From positions 72,154,065 through 72,218,064 of the forward strand of contig NC_068991.1 of NCBI RefSeq assembly GCF_001194135.2: a stretch of 64,000 nt of DNA, read 5' to 3'. The notes under the pieces are model-generated. The model ran no database searches. It was given only the letters and a program-made list of their open reading frames with translations, and was not told the DNA's origin. Below, one piece after another: positions 12,412-25,854 of this stretch (positions are counted from its first letter, which is position 1; each line of letters begins with the position of its first letter). The stretch comes from Octopus bimaculoides (taxonomy: Eukaryota). Position numbers and translations under genes: made by a program.

Positions 12412-12545
12412 GGCTTCTTTCAGTTTCTGTCTATCACCAAATCCACTCACAAGGCTTTGGTTGGCCTGAGAGAATACACTTGCCCAAGATGCCACACAGT
12501 GAAACTGAACCCCAAACTTCTTACTACACAATCACACCTGTGCCT
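12412..12545 (-). mobile_element. SINE family A, 5' half
   Basis: gggcttctttcagtttctgtctatcaccaaatccactcacaaggc. Confidence 0.7.
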
Positions 12546-13959
12546 AAAATATTTTGTAATACAGGTAGGTATTTCATGCATTAATGGAGGAGTTACATTC
12601 ATAAAAAACTTGCTGTAATGTATTCCATAACACAAAATGGATTTTGTTACTGACTGCTATCTAATTAAGAAGTCAATAGAAAAATAGGTATCGCATTATG
12701 GAACTCCATCCATATCATAGCAAAATTTTCAGGAGCATAAAAGTTCTGAAATGTGAGGGATGTCCATATGAAACCAATAAAAATGAAGGAGTGTTGTATT
12801 GCTGAAGACTAGGCCTTTGGTTTTGCAATCAGAACGAAAGATATTCAGAGCTGGTTAAGTGTGAAGCGACAGTCAGCGAATAAAACTGCACTACAAATAG
12901 CTTTCCATGAGCTTACAATAGTACAGATAATAGTTTATTATAAGATATGTTACTTATATGTTAATGATAAACAAAATACTGCATTGATATCCGATAACCA
13001 CAGGATTAAATCAATGCTGTTACTGAAAACAATAATCTAGTTCAGTGATTAAAAGCCCTACCTCCTAAATCATATTCAGTTCATACTAATAACAAATTGA
13101 TTTTCGTCAGCATACAAAGGAGATTGTTGTAAGAAACGTGTACTGAAAGTTTTGTATTTCAAGGCAGCCATAGTAATTTTTTACTAAAAACAAAGAACTT
13201 ACAATGTCTTAAAGGGAAATTTTCTTTTAAATATGCTTTAAATTAAAAAAAAAAAAAGAAAAGGAAATTTTTAAAATGAAAATAATTTTCTTAGCTTTAA
13301 AAAACTGAATAAATATAAGCTTAATTTTAGTTTCTTTACAAATAGGACATATTTCCTGAATAGTAAAATTCCATGAAGTTAGCCAAGCAAGCAAAGTGGA
13401 ATGCAAGCATGTAAAGGATTCAATTACTGAATTAGTCAGGAAAACTAAGTTAGACTTGGTTAATGAAAAGCTTTTAAGAAAATTATTAAAATAAATTAAA
13501 AAGAAAAAAAGCAGACCTACTATTAAATTGTGACAGTAATGTTAAATTTATTCTAAAATATGAATTAATCATCAGTTTTCTCACAAACACAAGATGTGTG
13601 AAGCAGGTAAAGGCGTTTCAGAGGTAGGAAGTAATATAACACGGAGTTTAATTGAATTTTTGCCAGGTGATTCTGAATGTTTTGATGTGTGATGGCAGTG
13701 GTGATATTTTAAACTATAGATTTCATTCTTTCAGTATTTTCAGTTGTAAGACAACAACCATTACTGTGACACAGTCTTCAAGTATATTAGTTAATTAAAA
13801 ATTGACCCCAGGAATTTGCATAGGATATATTTTATCAAATTTTGTAGGGAGAAAACCAAAGTTAAGCTGGGCAGGATTTGAACTCAGATCATAAAGCCTT
13901 GTACGTTTTCTATTCAAACAATCCCTGATGCAGTATTTTCTTCTCTTACTGTTACTGTT

Positions 13960-14150
13960 ACTGTCCAACCCCTAGGCCTTGCACAAATTACTATGCTCAG
14001 TCCTTCCTCCCAAGAACATTATCCCTCTGGAATCACTTCCTTGCTCAAGTCTTTCCTGCAGGTGTTAGCTTGCAGCAGTTTCAACAGAACATTAACAGCA
14101 TCATTCTTGGAGGGACCACAAAAGACACGAGCATTGCCACTTCCTTTAGA
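13960..14150 (+). pseudogene. CR1/L2-like LINE ORF2 C-terminal remnant
   Basis: Plus frame PRPCTNYYAQSFLPRTLSLWNHFLAQVFPAGVSLQQFQQNINS matches the typical SFFPRT..LWN.LP..VFP...L..FK end of these LINEs. Confidence 0.7.
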
Positions 14151-14946
14151 CACAACAAGCAAACAGAAAATTATAGTGAAAAGAAAACTCTAAAAAGCAA
14201 CATATTTCGATAGCATCTGAAAAGGCATAAAGCTAGTTTTTTAGGTGATGCTGAAGCTAACTGAAATGAGTCCATTATATTCTTATGTTTATTTGTTAGT
14301 CTTCTGAGAGTATGAAAAACAAAGTAAATTTTGGCAGGATTTGAACCCAGTATAGAGAAAACAGTAAATACTAGCATTTCCCTGTTCAGCCAACTGAACC
14401 AAACAAAAAGCCCTACAAAAAGACCTTTTATTTAATAATTTCAGCGAAACGAAAATTGAAAAGTCAAAAAAGCAACACATGATCCTCCACGAAGTCTATG
14501 ACACAGTTAAGATCAAATAAGAACTGACCGACCATAACAACCCACCTAACCCATGCCAGCATGGAAAGTGGTTGTACGCTGATGTTGATTACCAGAAATA
14601 TTTAATATGTTAAAAGTTGCACGATAAAACCTTTGAGCATTTCAGACTTCAAATAAAACTAAATTTCTTTTCTAATATTCCAGTTCTTACTAAAAAAAAA
14701 AAAAAAGAATGCCATATTTAAAAAGAGAGAAGAGAAAAAAAAACGAAAACACTGCTAAGAGTTCAATGACTGTAGATGCCATTACAGCATAGCAACAATC
14801 TGAAGTAAGAAGACAAAATGTTGACAGGCAATCTGAATGGGAAAATCCAACAAAGCCTAAACCACCCCAATATCTATCTCAAAGCCATTTAACACTTAAA
14901 TCTGATAAATCTTTACAACATAACTGAACAATTTATATATATACAT

Positions 14947-14993
<47 letters not shown>

Positions 14994-15036
14994 CATATAT
15001 ATATACACACACACATCTATATACACNNNNNNNNNN

Positions 15037-15069
<33 letters not shown>

Positions 15070-16899
15070 TAGTTAATGATCTGCATTTAATGTTAATGAT
15101 AAGCTTATAGCTAATAAACATTTACATTTCAGTGTTGCTTCATTACTGTAATTAACTGTATTAACATAAACACGTCAATGAAGCTGAAAATTATAATCTA
15201 AATCCTTTGATGCTTAGCCCCAGGTCAACCTGATTGAGCTGACCTATCAAAATGGTCAAAGCCATTCCAACCATGACCAATGGCTTATTCCATCATTTTC
15301 TTTTGCCTACATGTAGGGAACTTAGAACTACATTGTTCAAGATGTACTTTTTATTCAAATGGTATGGCGTGATTGAAAGAGAATTGGCTGTTATTTCTAA
15401 TAGATCAAGTGAGCAAACAGAGTCTCCTTTGTTGGTTCACCCTTTCTTTTAATAAAAAGTGGAGGATGAGAGATTACAATAAAATCACTTATAGAGGAAA
15501 GCATTAGATGGCTCTCTGTTGGCTCATCCTTTCATGTACTAAAAATGGAAGGGTTTTATTAGGATAAAATCAAATGCAGAGAAAAGCTTAGATGGAACAC
15601 AAAGAAATCTTCTATAATAATACTCTTGTCTTTCTCTGTCACAACATATGAATGAAGAAGGAAGGGGTGATAGATGAATAAGGAAGGAAGGGGTGATGGC
15701 AAATTTGGGAGTGGGATGATGGAAATTGTATGGTGAAAAAAAGTCAAACAGCATTTCAACTCTGCATGTGTATATGCAAAAGGGAGTCGTGTGTGTTTGT
15801 GTGTATGTGTGTGCAATTGAAGTGGGATGGTAAACATTCAATGCTGAAAAGAAAAATCAAACAGCATTTCAACTCTGTGTGAGTATATGTGTGTATGCGT
15901 GTGTGTGTGTGTACAAGGGAAGTATATGAATGTTTGTATGTGTGATTATTTTGTACCTTATTTATATATAAAATACAATTAGCCGTCATTTTTGATGGCA
16001 CGGGGCCAGCTAGTATGAAAATAAAATCCACCCCACCCCCCAAAAAAAACTGCTATCGATTATATCAAAATAATAGAAATAGGTTTAACGTAATAATTAA
16101 TTACATTAGCTATAAATAAAAAGAAATATTTAGATAAACCTCCCTAATTACACTTATCTGACCTATTTCAAACTAAAAATACAAATATTTTTTTTAACAA
16201 CATGTTGAAAGACAATGATTTATAGTTGGCAATGGTTACTGGATTTCTTTCAAATATAAGGTTAAGAAATAGTTTTGTTCTATAAGTGAAGCTAAATAAA
16301 AATTAATTATTGGTTTGGTAACAGGAAAACAACAAAAAAATAAACTGATCAATGGGAATTGTAGAAAGTCTTCTAAATTGTCAACAACATTTCCAGTCTA
16401 AAGAAGACAACAGATATGAGCTTCTGTCATTGTTTGTAAGTTATCTTCTCAATCTGTGTATTTTACATTTCAACTGGTGAACAGCATAGCATTGTGGGTC
16501 ACAGGTTCCCAATTGGTCAATCACTGGCGCGGGGATGAAAAGGGAGTGTCAGTAACTAGGTGCAGAACAAATATTTCAAGGGACTTTGTTCAAAATTACC
16601 ATTTCTTAATGATGAGGTTAGACTGATGAAAAAATTTACACATAGAATTTTTGTCAATCAGATTCCACTTACAAGGTATCTGAACAAGTTCAGGCTATAA
16701 TTAATGTTAAATGAACAAACATAAATACACATTTCACATACACATATTTACTGTCGTTAATACATATTTCAGCATGACTTATCACTAAAGAACTAAATGA
16801 CTTTCCATAGAGTATTTTTGCAAAAAACGTAGAACAATTTTAGATGTGGAATAAAAATATAATTTCCCTCCCCAAAAAAATTTTATTTTAAAGAACGTC

Positions 16900-17320
16900 G
16901 AGAAAATTTTAAAAGCTTCTACCTGTATCAGTTTCATATAAGCAAGTAATACGTGATCATTAATTATTTGATATCCAATTACAATGCACTAGTCATTCGT
17001 TAACAGTATGATATCTGTTTTTTGGTGGGCCATCACGAACAGCAGGTAGTTGTGCAATAAATACTTCATTTACACTTTGCTCACATTAAATTTCGTTCAC
17101 AGGTCTACGTAATGAAAGAGGAGTAATGACAACACACTTGTTAAATGTGTTGTGCCAATGCTCGATGCTATTATTAGCATATGGCAAGTCATTTTGCACA
17201 TGTTCATGTTCCAAAATCACAATGAAAATATTGCTTGTCGACATCTTCCGCATTGTCTTGCGAATTTTATTGAACCATGAAAATCGTGTGACTGTTCACA
17301 GAAACAAAAAGAAAATATTC
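16900..17320 (-). pseudogene. MULE/Mutator transposase C-terminal remnant
   Basis: Frameshifted IFSL*FWNM..VQNDLPYANNSIEHWHNTFN...EQSVNEVFIAQL...PPKNRY matches the DLPRTNNxxEGWH motif. Confidence 0.7.
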
Positions 17321-17544
17321 TACAAAATAATATATTCACAAAAGTGAATGAAATGTCATGGTACTTATATATACACTCACACAATGACATTATATACACA
17401 ACCACATTAAATCTATATCCTAGTGTCATGTAGGTTCACAGGCAGCAAAATGGCTAAGTTGTTCGAGCAGCAGAGAGAGAGACTTGTATGCATTGTGGCT
17501 TTCTCCCTAGCAGGTGGCATCTGTCTGTAAAACAATAACATATT

Positions 17545-17640
17545 CATCTGATCCATTTACCGTCCATTTTCTATGCTGGAATGGGTTGGACGGTTTTCCC
17601 AACACACCATGGAAAACGGATATAAAACGATGATGACGAT
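17545..17640 (-). mobile_element. RTE-type tail fragment
   Basis: ccatttaccgtccattttctatgctggaatgggttggacgg. Confidence 0.55.
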
Positions 17641-18564
17641 GAAGAGAGAGAGAGAGCAGCTTATGTGTGCATGTGCATGCATGATTATACAGTCATATAT
17701 AGATACATATGGATATATACACACACATGTATACACATACTTAAATCATATATAATCTTGCCACAGAACACATTTAAAATAATGACCTGAAACTGATGAG
17801 AGAACCAATGTTGGTAACTAGGCAACTAAACATTTGCAACCTTCAGAACCATTTGGTGCCCACATCGTCATGCTTGGTGTTACCATGCTTCATGCTTTTT
17901 TTTACCCCAGCCCCATCAAGTATCATACTGTTTGAAGATAACCACAAGGGCCAGCTTCTACATGCCATAATGAAATATTTTTATGCCAAGAGAGTGAGGG
18001 AAAGAGAGACACTGATAATGTAGTATAACCGATAGTCAAGAAACTTCAAAGATAAACCAGACAAGACTGACCGACATCTATATGGAGCTAAAATGGTGAA
18101 GTAGATAAGGCCACAAGAGATAAGCAGCAGATATCATTGAAGAGAACTGTGTTTGAAAGGAATAGGTGTGCTTGTTGGGAGTAAAAATTCAGGAGGAGAT
18201 CTGTATGTATTACAACAAGGTATCACTAAGAAAGTAATAAAACTTCTCCTTTCCTTGTTATTATGTTTACACCAAATCTTTCCACTTTCTTATGCAATCT
18301 TGTGCAATGTTTATATTATTCCTCAAAATGTTCAAACAATGGAAATCCGACATTGGGCAAACTATCAGGTAATTCTTAGTTGGGACTACTTACAGTCCCA
18401 GAATGAGGATTCCAAAATATGTGCCTCTCTCCACTTTCATTTCAGTGTCTTAGGTTAAGCTAAGTCCAACTATTTTCCTCCTCCTAATGCTCTTCATTTG
18501 TAAACCACTTACAGAGACATAAAGAGAAAGTTGCAAGAAATTAAAAAATAATTATTAACAGTAG

Positions 18565-18980
18565 GTGTAGGAGTGGATGTGTGGTAAGTAGCTTGCTTAC
18601 CAACCACATGGTTCCGGGTTCAGTCCCACTGTGTGGCACCTTGGGCAAGTGTCTTCTACTATAGAATCGGGCCGACCAAAGCCTTGTGAGTGGATTTGGT
18701 AGACGGAAACCGAAAGAAGCCCGTCGTATCTATGTATATGTATATATGTATGTGTGTGTATATGTTTGTGTGTCTGTGTTTGTCCCCCAACATCGCTTGA
18801 CAACGATGCTGGTGTGTTTACGTCCCCGTAACTTAGCGGTTCGGCAAAAAGAGACTGATAGAATAAGTACTAGGCTTCCAAAGAATAAGTCCTGGGGTCG
18901 ATTTGCTCGACTAAAGGCGGTGCTCCAGCATGGCCACAGTCAAAAAGACTGAAACAATTAAAAGAGTAAGAGAGAGTAAA
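18565..18980 (+). mobile_element. SINE family A, full-length reference copy
   Basis: A-box tggatgtgtgg, B-box ggttcagtccc, CORE-like ggcaccttgggcaagtgtcttc, internal TA/TG microsatellite, (aagagt)n tail. Confidence 0.9.
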
Positions 18981-19159
18981 GAGTATATACAAATTTTTTT
19001 CCTGAAGCTTCAAAGTTATCAGAGCAAAACATTAAAGTGTTGGTTGGTAGTAAGGGTCACAATCAACGAGCATCATGCAAGTTACCTTTTAATGATAGCA
19101 AGGCAATGTAAGAATTATAGTAGACTGAGAAAACCACCACAATGTCCAGTTCTTGTGGC

Positions 19160-19420
19160 AGAGTGGCTGCTTGTGTATCTCAATGACCCTGAGAAAGAGG
19201 CCAGTGGAGTGCAGGATCCTGGTAGAGCCTCCCATGCTGGACAGGTCAAAGGTAGCAGCCAGATCAATATGGACCACCTCTTACCAGAGGCAAAAATGGG
19301 TTTTGCGCTGGGCTAGCACCCCAACCTAGATAAAAGCAAAATCACAGAAGCATCAACGACAATTCAAAACCAACGAGACCTGGGAGACAAAAAGACAGCT
19401 CAGAGTTAAGAACAACATGG
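19160..19420 (+). mobile_element. RTE LINE 5' UTR remnant
   Basis: gaccctgag...cctggtagagcctcccatgctggacaggtcaaagg...gccaga...gggctagcacccc resembles RTE 5' UTRs as I recall them. Confidence 0.55.
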
Positions 19421-20512
19421 GAAAGTTGGTAATGAATTTCATGGAGAGAGAAGGTTTTAAGTAAATAGACTGAGTAGAGAGCTTTTGCAGTAACAGCAAA
19501 ATAACCTTAAACTGAAAGCTATGGATTATTCAGATGACTTGTTAACAATTAGGGAAACAACAGTGGGCCAAGTGATAGAATTTTGATGAAAATTAGGTGA
19601 AGAACTATTTCTCTTGGTAAAAACAGTTTTTTCTCTTTATGGAATAAGCAAACTACACAGCAGTGAATGCAAAACGACTTGTGTAGAATGAGTTCAGAAG
19701 GATCTGTCAGATGTTTAGCTAGTCGTCAATATAAAATTATGGTATAAGATAGTTGCTGACTTTCTAAAAGAGCAACAGCCTAATACATCATCTGTCAACT
19801 GTTGTATCTTGTCAAGAGTTTATCCATTCTGCTTTTTAGCACAATACAGTAATTGAAACTTTGTAACAGCCTCAGATTATTGGTCATGTCTTCAAAATGA
19901 CTCAAGCATAAGTCAAAGCATACACCTCACAATTGACAATTTGAATTACCAAAATATAAAAACCGGTTCTAAATTAGGAATGCATTACAATACTTCATTA
20001 AAAACATGCCTTTAATGTTACACACAGTTACCCTTGTATATTTTATATACAAGTATAAAAAAAAACCCACATTATGTATGGGATGACCCAATATATATAT
20101 AAATGTATGTGTGCATGCTGGTAAAACAAAAATGAGCTGAGAAAAATAACTTAAGATGGCCAGTTGTATGAATTTTGGAAACAAAGACAAAAGTATACTA
20201 AATACCTTACAAAATAAATTCTAACTTTCATGAAACCATCTTTGTTTTGAGGAAAAGTAAATAAAAACCTAGCACCAACTGCAACTAATCCAGGATGAGA
20301 AGGGTGAGATAATCATAAGGAATCAACAGTTTTCCTCAACCTGTCAGAAAGGAAAAGACAGCATTTTGTTTTTGTTTTGAGACAAGAAAGCAGCTGAGAA
20401 CGTGTTTCTGGTTCAATAGGTATCATCAGCACAATACAAATACATGCAAGTAAACATATATAATTGACACACATTAAGAGTGTGTGTGGTGTGTGGTGTG
20501 TGTGTGCGTGTG

Positions 20513-20544
<32 letters not shown>

Positions 20545-20545
<1 letters not shown>

Positions 20546-20910
20546 CTTTAATCTTTTACTTGTTTCAATCATTAAACAGTGGCCATGCTGGGGACAGCCT
20601 TGAAGAATTTTAGTCAAACAAACCGACCTAAGTGGTTATTTTTGTAAGGCTGGTACTTATTCTTTCAGTCTCTTTTGCCATATTGCGAAGGTACAAGAAC
20701 ATAAACACACCAACACCGGCTGTCAAGCAGTGGTGGGGAACAAACATAGACACAAAGACAAACACACAATGGGCTTCTTTCAGTGTCTGTCTACAAAATC
20801 CACTTACAAGGTTTTGGTCAGCCAGGAGTTAGTCAAAGACACTTGCCCAAGATGCCATGCAGTAAGACTGAACCTGGAACTATGTGGTTAGAAAAATCTC
20901 TTACCACAAC
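20545..20910 (-). mobile_element. SINE family A
   Basis: Tail and head both match; lies next to (TG)n. Confidence 0.75.
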
Positions 20911-21177
20911 TATATTAACAAATTCTAAAAAAATTACAGTAAAATATCTACTGCAGATATTTGTAGACCAAGCAAAATAAAATGATTCAATCATTCCAAA
21001 ATGGTTTGCTTTTTTTTCTTTCTCCAGTGATGCCTTGGCATTAATCTGAGTTATATAAATAAAGCCACCAATATCTGACAGGATTCACAATATTTTCTTA
21101 TTGTTTTCATTTCAAAAATTACAAACATGAATCAAAGAATCTATGATATATAAGTTTGTTCCCTCTTTCTCAATATA

Positions 21178-21286
21178 CAGAAGTGTTCAAAAAATCTCTC
21201 CACAGTGAATTTTTAAAGTCTTGTAAATTCCAATATATTCTTTTGCAATAAAATTCTTACGGTGGAGAGACTTTTTGAACACCCTG
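21178..21286. mobile_element. Tc1/mariner-type MITE (109 bp)
   Basis: TA|cagaagtgttcaaaaaatctctccac ... gtggagagactttttgaacaccctg|TA; ~26-bp TIRs and TA TSD. Confidence 0.85.
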
Positions 21287-22039
21287 TATATTATTTATGG
21301 GAATGGTAGCAGGTTGCATCTTAGTGGGTTTGAGCATTTAAAATGTTTTTCAACAGTAGATAAAACACAATGGGATTACGGAAGCATATTATATGTTAGA
21401 TAACATACTTTTGAGCAGAGAAGGTAGATAACTTCCCTTATTTCTGTCTTCTTACTTTTCATCAGCAGACATGCAGTCTTCTTTGCCAATACTTGCTGAC
21501 CTTATAGTAAACTAGTTTACTATAAAGGAATGGGTATAAAAACTGAGTGACACCAGTAAATTAAATAACAGAAAGGTACAACTCATTGACAAAAGCACTG
21601 GAAATGCTAAAAGTCTCAGTGGTTGGATTTATTATCTTTCAGTTGAAACTGGGACCAAGGCTATCCAACAGCAGCAGTGGGATGTATACTATCACTACAA
21701 TACTTTTAAAGAAGACTATATTGTTACTTGACCAGTGAGAAATAGCAGCTAAATCTTCCTCAAATCACATCGTTTCGTCTTAAAAGAGAAAACATTAGAT
21801 AATATAATCCCAGACAATAAAAAAAAAGGGATGGCCAAGGCTAGACTGTTTTTGATACTAAGTCAGCTTGATTCAGGACTAAATAAGTAGTAAACTGATA
21901 CAAAAAAATATTTGTGGGAGAGAAATTAATACTAAATCAGTATTTGATAGCTGAGATCAAAATAAAGTGTACATAAATGATGTACACATCATTATTTTGA
22001 TCTCTGCAGTTTCAAGTGTATATAATAAATGAGTTTCAG

Positions 22040-22500
22040 CCTGGCACACTTCTGCACACATCAGCAAATGTTTTGTTTGCAATCTTCATACAGGCACAGA
22101 AGTTTCTAACCAGCTTCAGATGACTGGGGTTGTGTTTGGCACTGAGAAGGCAAAAATTATACTGAAACACTGGTGTCTGTTGGTCGACATTATCTGGAGC
22201 ATGACTAAAGAGAAATTATTTTCCAAGACTAAATGAATGTTGTACTACATCTGTGTCTTCACAAATGTGTTATCAATAATGTACATACTGTTATGACACC
22301 AAGGAATTCATTGATACTGTATATAGCCGAACAGAAAGTAATAGCTGACCATGTAAACGGAATAGCTCATGAACTGAAGGTCAACAGTTTGTATACTACC
22401 AACAGTGTTAGCAAAGACCTTTATAAATAACTGAATCTACCCAACAGTAAATACCAAACAAAAGGGTACTGTTCATGAGTTACACGAGAACACAGTAAAT
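22040..22500 (+). pseudogene. Possible hAT transposase remnant
   Basis: KVIADHV followed by frameshifted K-R-N-S-S resembles KLIxDVxTRWNSS; highly decayed. Confidence 0.3.
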
Positions 22501-22769
22501 CTTTCTAACATGAAGAAGGGAATAAATTTAGTCCATCAGGCTGAACTGCACAGAATGCACCACATGGAGATAAAGCTTTCAATTGAAGTAATGAACACGT
22601 CTCTTATGGGTCACTAAACATGCTAGATACAACAGCCAAATCTCCTTCAAGTCACAACCTACCATTCTATTAAAAAAAAATGACAAGATAGCTATAGATT
22701 GAATGTCATTTAATAGAAACAAACTTTTCAGCTGTACTACAGTGTTCCAAAAGACAACTTACCTGGTGA

Positions 22770-22955
22770 CCTCACCAGTGCCAGTGATAGAAGAAAATAC
22801 CAAGTACATTTGTGAAGTGGTTGCTGTTAGGAAGAGCATCCAGCCACAAAAACCCCATGATAAAACAGACACTGGAGCTCAACACACTCCTCTGATGGGT
22901 CAGATCCTGTCGAACCACTCAAACCCATGCCAGCATGGAATACAGATGATGCTGA
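22770..22955 (+). mobile_element. RTE-type 3' end repeat (family E), decayed
   Basis: gtggttgctgttaggaagagcatccagcc...aacccatgccagcatggaa...gatgatg. Confidence 0.7.
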
Positions 22956-24732
22956 CGAACCTACACAGCAATAACAGCTGTTCTCCATGCTTTCCTTTTT
23001 CTTTTCATCGCTTGTTACGCAATGAAAGCAGCCTCCACTCTGTAACATTTCAGTTTTGAGTCACCGAAATGAAGAAGTAACGTATTTCATTGGTGAATAG
23101 TTTATAATTTGAAATTTTATTTCGAAAAACTTTGCACCTTGTTATTTAACAGTGTCTTTTGTGAACTTCAGCCTAAAACTGAAATTTGGTGTAGGAACCT
23201 GAAAGATCTGCTGGAGAAGCTTCAGGCTGTAAACTGCGACTGATTTTATTCAGGAGGGTTTATTAAAATACCAGGGCTTTCACCAAGAAAGGTCAGCCCA
23301 ATTTTGCAGTCAGTTAATGAGAACTTAATTTATCAAGATTCTTTAAGTTCAACTACAAACAACATTGCTAAATAAAGAGAAAGTAAGGACAGCCAACACT
23401 TCTTTTTTTTCTTCTGCCAATGATATATCTAAATTAGAATAATTTGGAACAGAAAATGGAATGAATATTTATAAATACACACATACAAATATGTATACCA
23501 ATACATACATATATATATATATATATATAAGCAGTATATAATTACATAATTACTGCAATAAAGAACTGATTTGGCTCACCCTCTCTCTCAAATCTAACAC
23601 ATGAACTGGATGCACAGTTGTGATAAGATATCACTGGCATACTTCATTCCTGTACCCCCACCTCAGCCTTCATTACATTATTATATGAAGATCCCCCAAA
23701 ATGAGTGTCCATGTGATTCTACCCCTATATTAGAAACACAGTTGGAAATTATATACACACATATAAACATAACTACAGCTTCACTTCTGAAACAAAGAGC
23801 TAATTTTTCTAACTAGCAAATATTTGATTCAGCTGATGAATAATACCATTAATATTTTATATTATTTCCTAACAAAAGCCAGATTTTGGGGAGGGGGGAT
23901 TTTTTTTTTTTATTGCTCATTGTAACACTAGCAAATTATCTCATCTCTAAAATAAACGAACACATTTTCAACAAAAACAATCATTACCATTACTCAAAGT
24001 TTTCCAAATAAGCTTTTTCTTATAGGAGATGGGATGCTCAAAGCTTGCTTTCTCGCATAATCATTTTTCATGTCCTGAAACTTGCCAGTTGCTTTGCTCA
24101 GTAACATAATCCTGGATCTACAGAACCTAATTGGCAAATATAAAGACAACAGGGGCCTCTGTTAGTTAAAGCAGAACCTAACTGCAACAGAGAGGCGTTC
24201 GACACACAAAATCTAATTGTATTAGAGAAGAGCATATGAATGCAACAACCTCAAGTGTTGCCAAAACGCATAATTTATAGTTTCTATCAATAGCTTCAAT
24301 AGAAATAAAATAGTAGCTTGCTTAGTAAAGAAAGTATTTCAAGTCACTAATCTCGATGAGTTACTTGACTGTCAATCATATGAATATAGCTGGTCATGCA
24401 TATTTACAATGCTGCACAAGATTTAACAACTTAGGAAGCATTTGTGTTTTACTGCTTGCTAAAATGTTTTGATTCATGATCAGGGTTTGTTTGAGCCAAA
24501 ATATTGAATAAAGCTTTTCCAAATTTTGCACTCTTAAGATAATTAATTACTTTCCTTCCTATTTATTGACTGAAATGACAAATGCTCTTCAGGTAAGTTA
24601 CAAGATCTTACTTTCATAGCAATTATTAAAATAAAAAAGGAAATATTTTTCAAGTATGATCTGTAACAGGTAGATGAATGTAGCTAAATAGTACAACTAA
24701 ATTAACTAAACTTAGAGACCAAGAATGTGTTC

Positions 24733-24995
24733 ATCATCATCATCATTTAACGTCCGCTTTCCAAGCTAGCATGGGTTGGATGATTTGACTGGGGACTGGT
24801 GAACCACATGGCTACACCAGACTCCAATCTGATCTGGCAGAGTTTCTACAGCTGGATGCCCTTCCTGACGCCAACCACTCCGAGAGTGTACTAGGTGCTT
24901 TTTATGTGCAATCGGCATGAGGGCCAGTCAGGCGGTACTGGCAACGGCCACACTCAAATGGTGTTTATTAAATGCCACCTGCACAGGAGTCAGTC
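24733..24995 (-). mobile_element. RTE-type 3' end repeat (family E), young copy
   Basis: Near-identical to the copy at 2020. Confidence 0.9.
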
Positions 24996-25854
24996 CAATG
25001 TTTTGTTCACATGCCACACTGCTCTGCACTGCAAGACAGAAGCACCATACCACACTCAGCCCTCATTGTGGATAACAAAGTGATGGTTCCTGAAAGTTGC
25101 ATCATTAAAGTTCTTGATTATTTGTAAGGATTTATCAGTTACAAAATTCCTTCCCCTTCAAGCTCTTTTGTTACCATATTTCTGTTGAAACATAGAATCT
25201 TTGTTTCAATTGATTTTGAAAATAACAAAGAATTTAGTTGGTTGTTTGGAACATAAATTCACATGAAATTTAAATGAAAGGTTTTAATTTAGATCACTTT
25301 AAAACAAGTTTCTATCACAGAACTAGAGACAGTCTTGGGCAGGTTACTATCAAAATGGATAACTTTATAACAGATTAGTCTTCCAAACAGGGGGATGTTG
25401 GCTTGCTCACCCAGCCAGCAGGGTGGTATCATTCAAAGGTTAAAACCATACAAAGTGCATTGTGACCAGTGATGTAAACAATATCCAATAGTCTGGTTAA
25501 TACCATGATACTGTGAACACAATAGATAGCAGAATTGGCGGAGTGGGTTTCAAGCCACCCTTTTGTATTTAGTTATGTTCCTTTGAGAGGTCAAATCCTA
25601 AGAAGTCTGATTTTACATTCACTCTGAGGGTGATAAATAACATCATTACACTAGGACTGATTCAATTGAGTGTGATTCCTTCCAAGAAATGTTTGGCCTT
25701 GTGTCAGAATCATTGGAGTGTTTGACAAAGTGCCTTTTGGTATTTGTTCTGGCTCTCCTTAAATTCTGAATCCAAATCCTGTTGAGGGCAGAACTGCTTT
25801 CATTTCTATGAGGTCATTAAAAAGAAGTACCATTCAGATACTTGAGTTAATGCA

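Noticed and set aside
14020-14145. Minus-strand exon candidate GSGNARVFCGPSKNDAV...
   Set aside because: The opposite strand is a clear CR1/L2 ORF2 end, which explains the coding-like composition.
15730-15885. Direct duplication of caaacagcatttcaactctg next to TG tracts
   Set aside because: Ordinary local slippage duplication.
22040-22410. Open frames with splice-like signals and an in-frame TGA (possible Sec or editing site)
   Set aside because: Phases do not join into a coherent protein, I recognised no SECIS, and a hAT relic is a simpler explanation.
22965-23050. Minus-strand cysteine-rich exon candidate SGGCFHCV...CYCCV
   Set aside because: Another frame reads MKRKRKAWRTAVIAV downstream of a mariner-like end, so a transposon 5' fragment is as likely; no supporting evidence.
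23580-23725. Segment bounded by good acceptor and GTGAGC donor
   Set aside because: All frames from the acceptor contain stops; no link to other exons could be made.
24150-24200. Small hairpin ctctgtt.agtta...taact..aacagag between two cagaacctaa repeats
   Set aside because: Too short; no snoRNA or miRNA hallmarks that I could verify.
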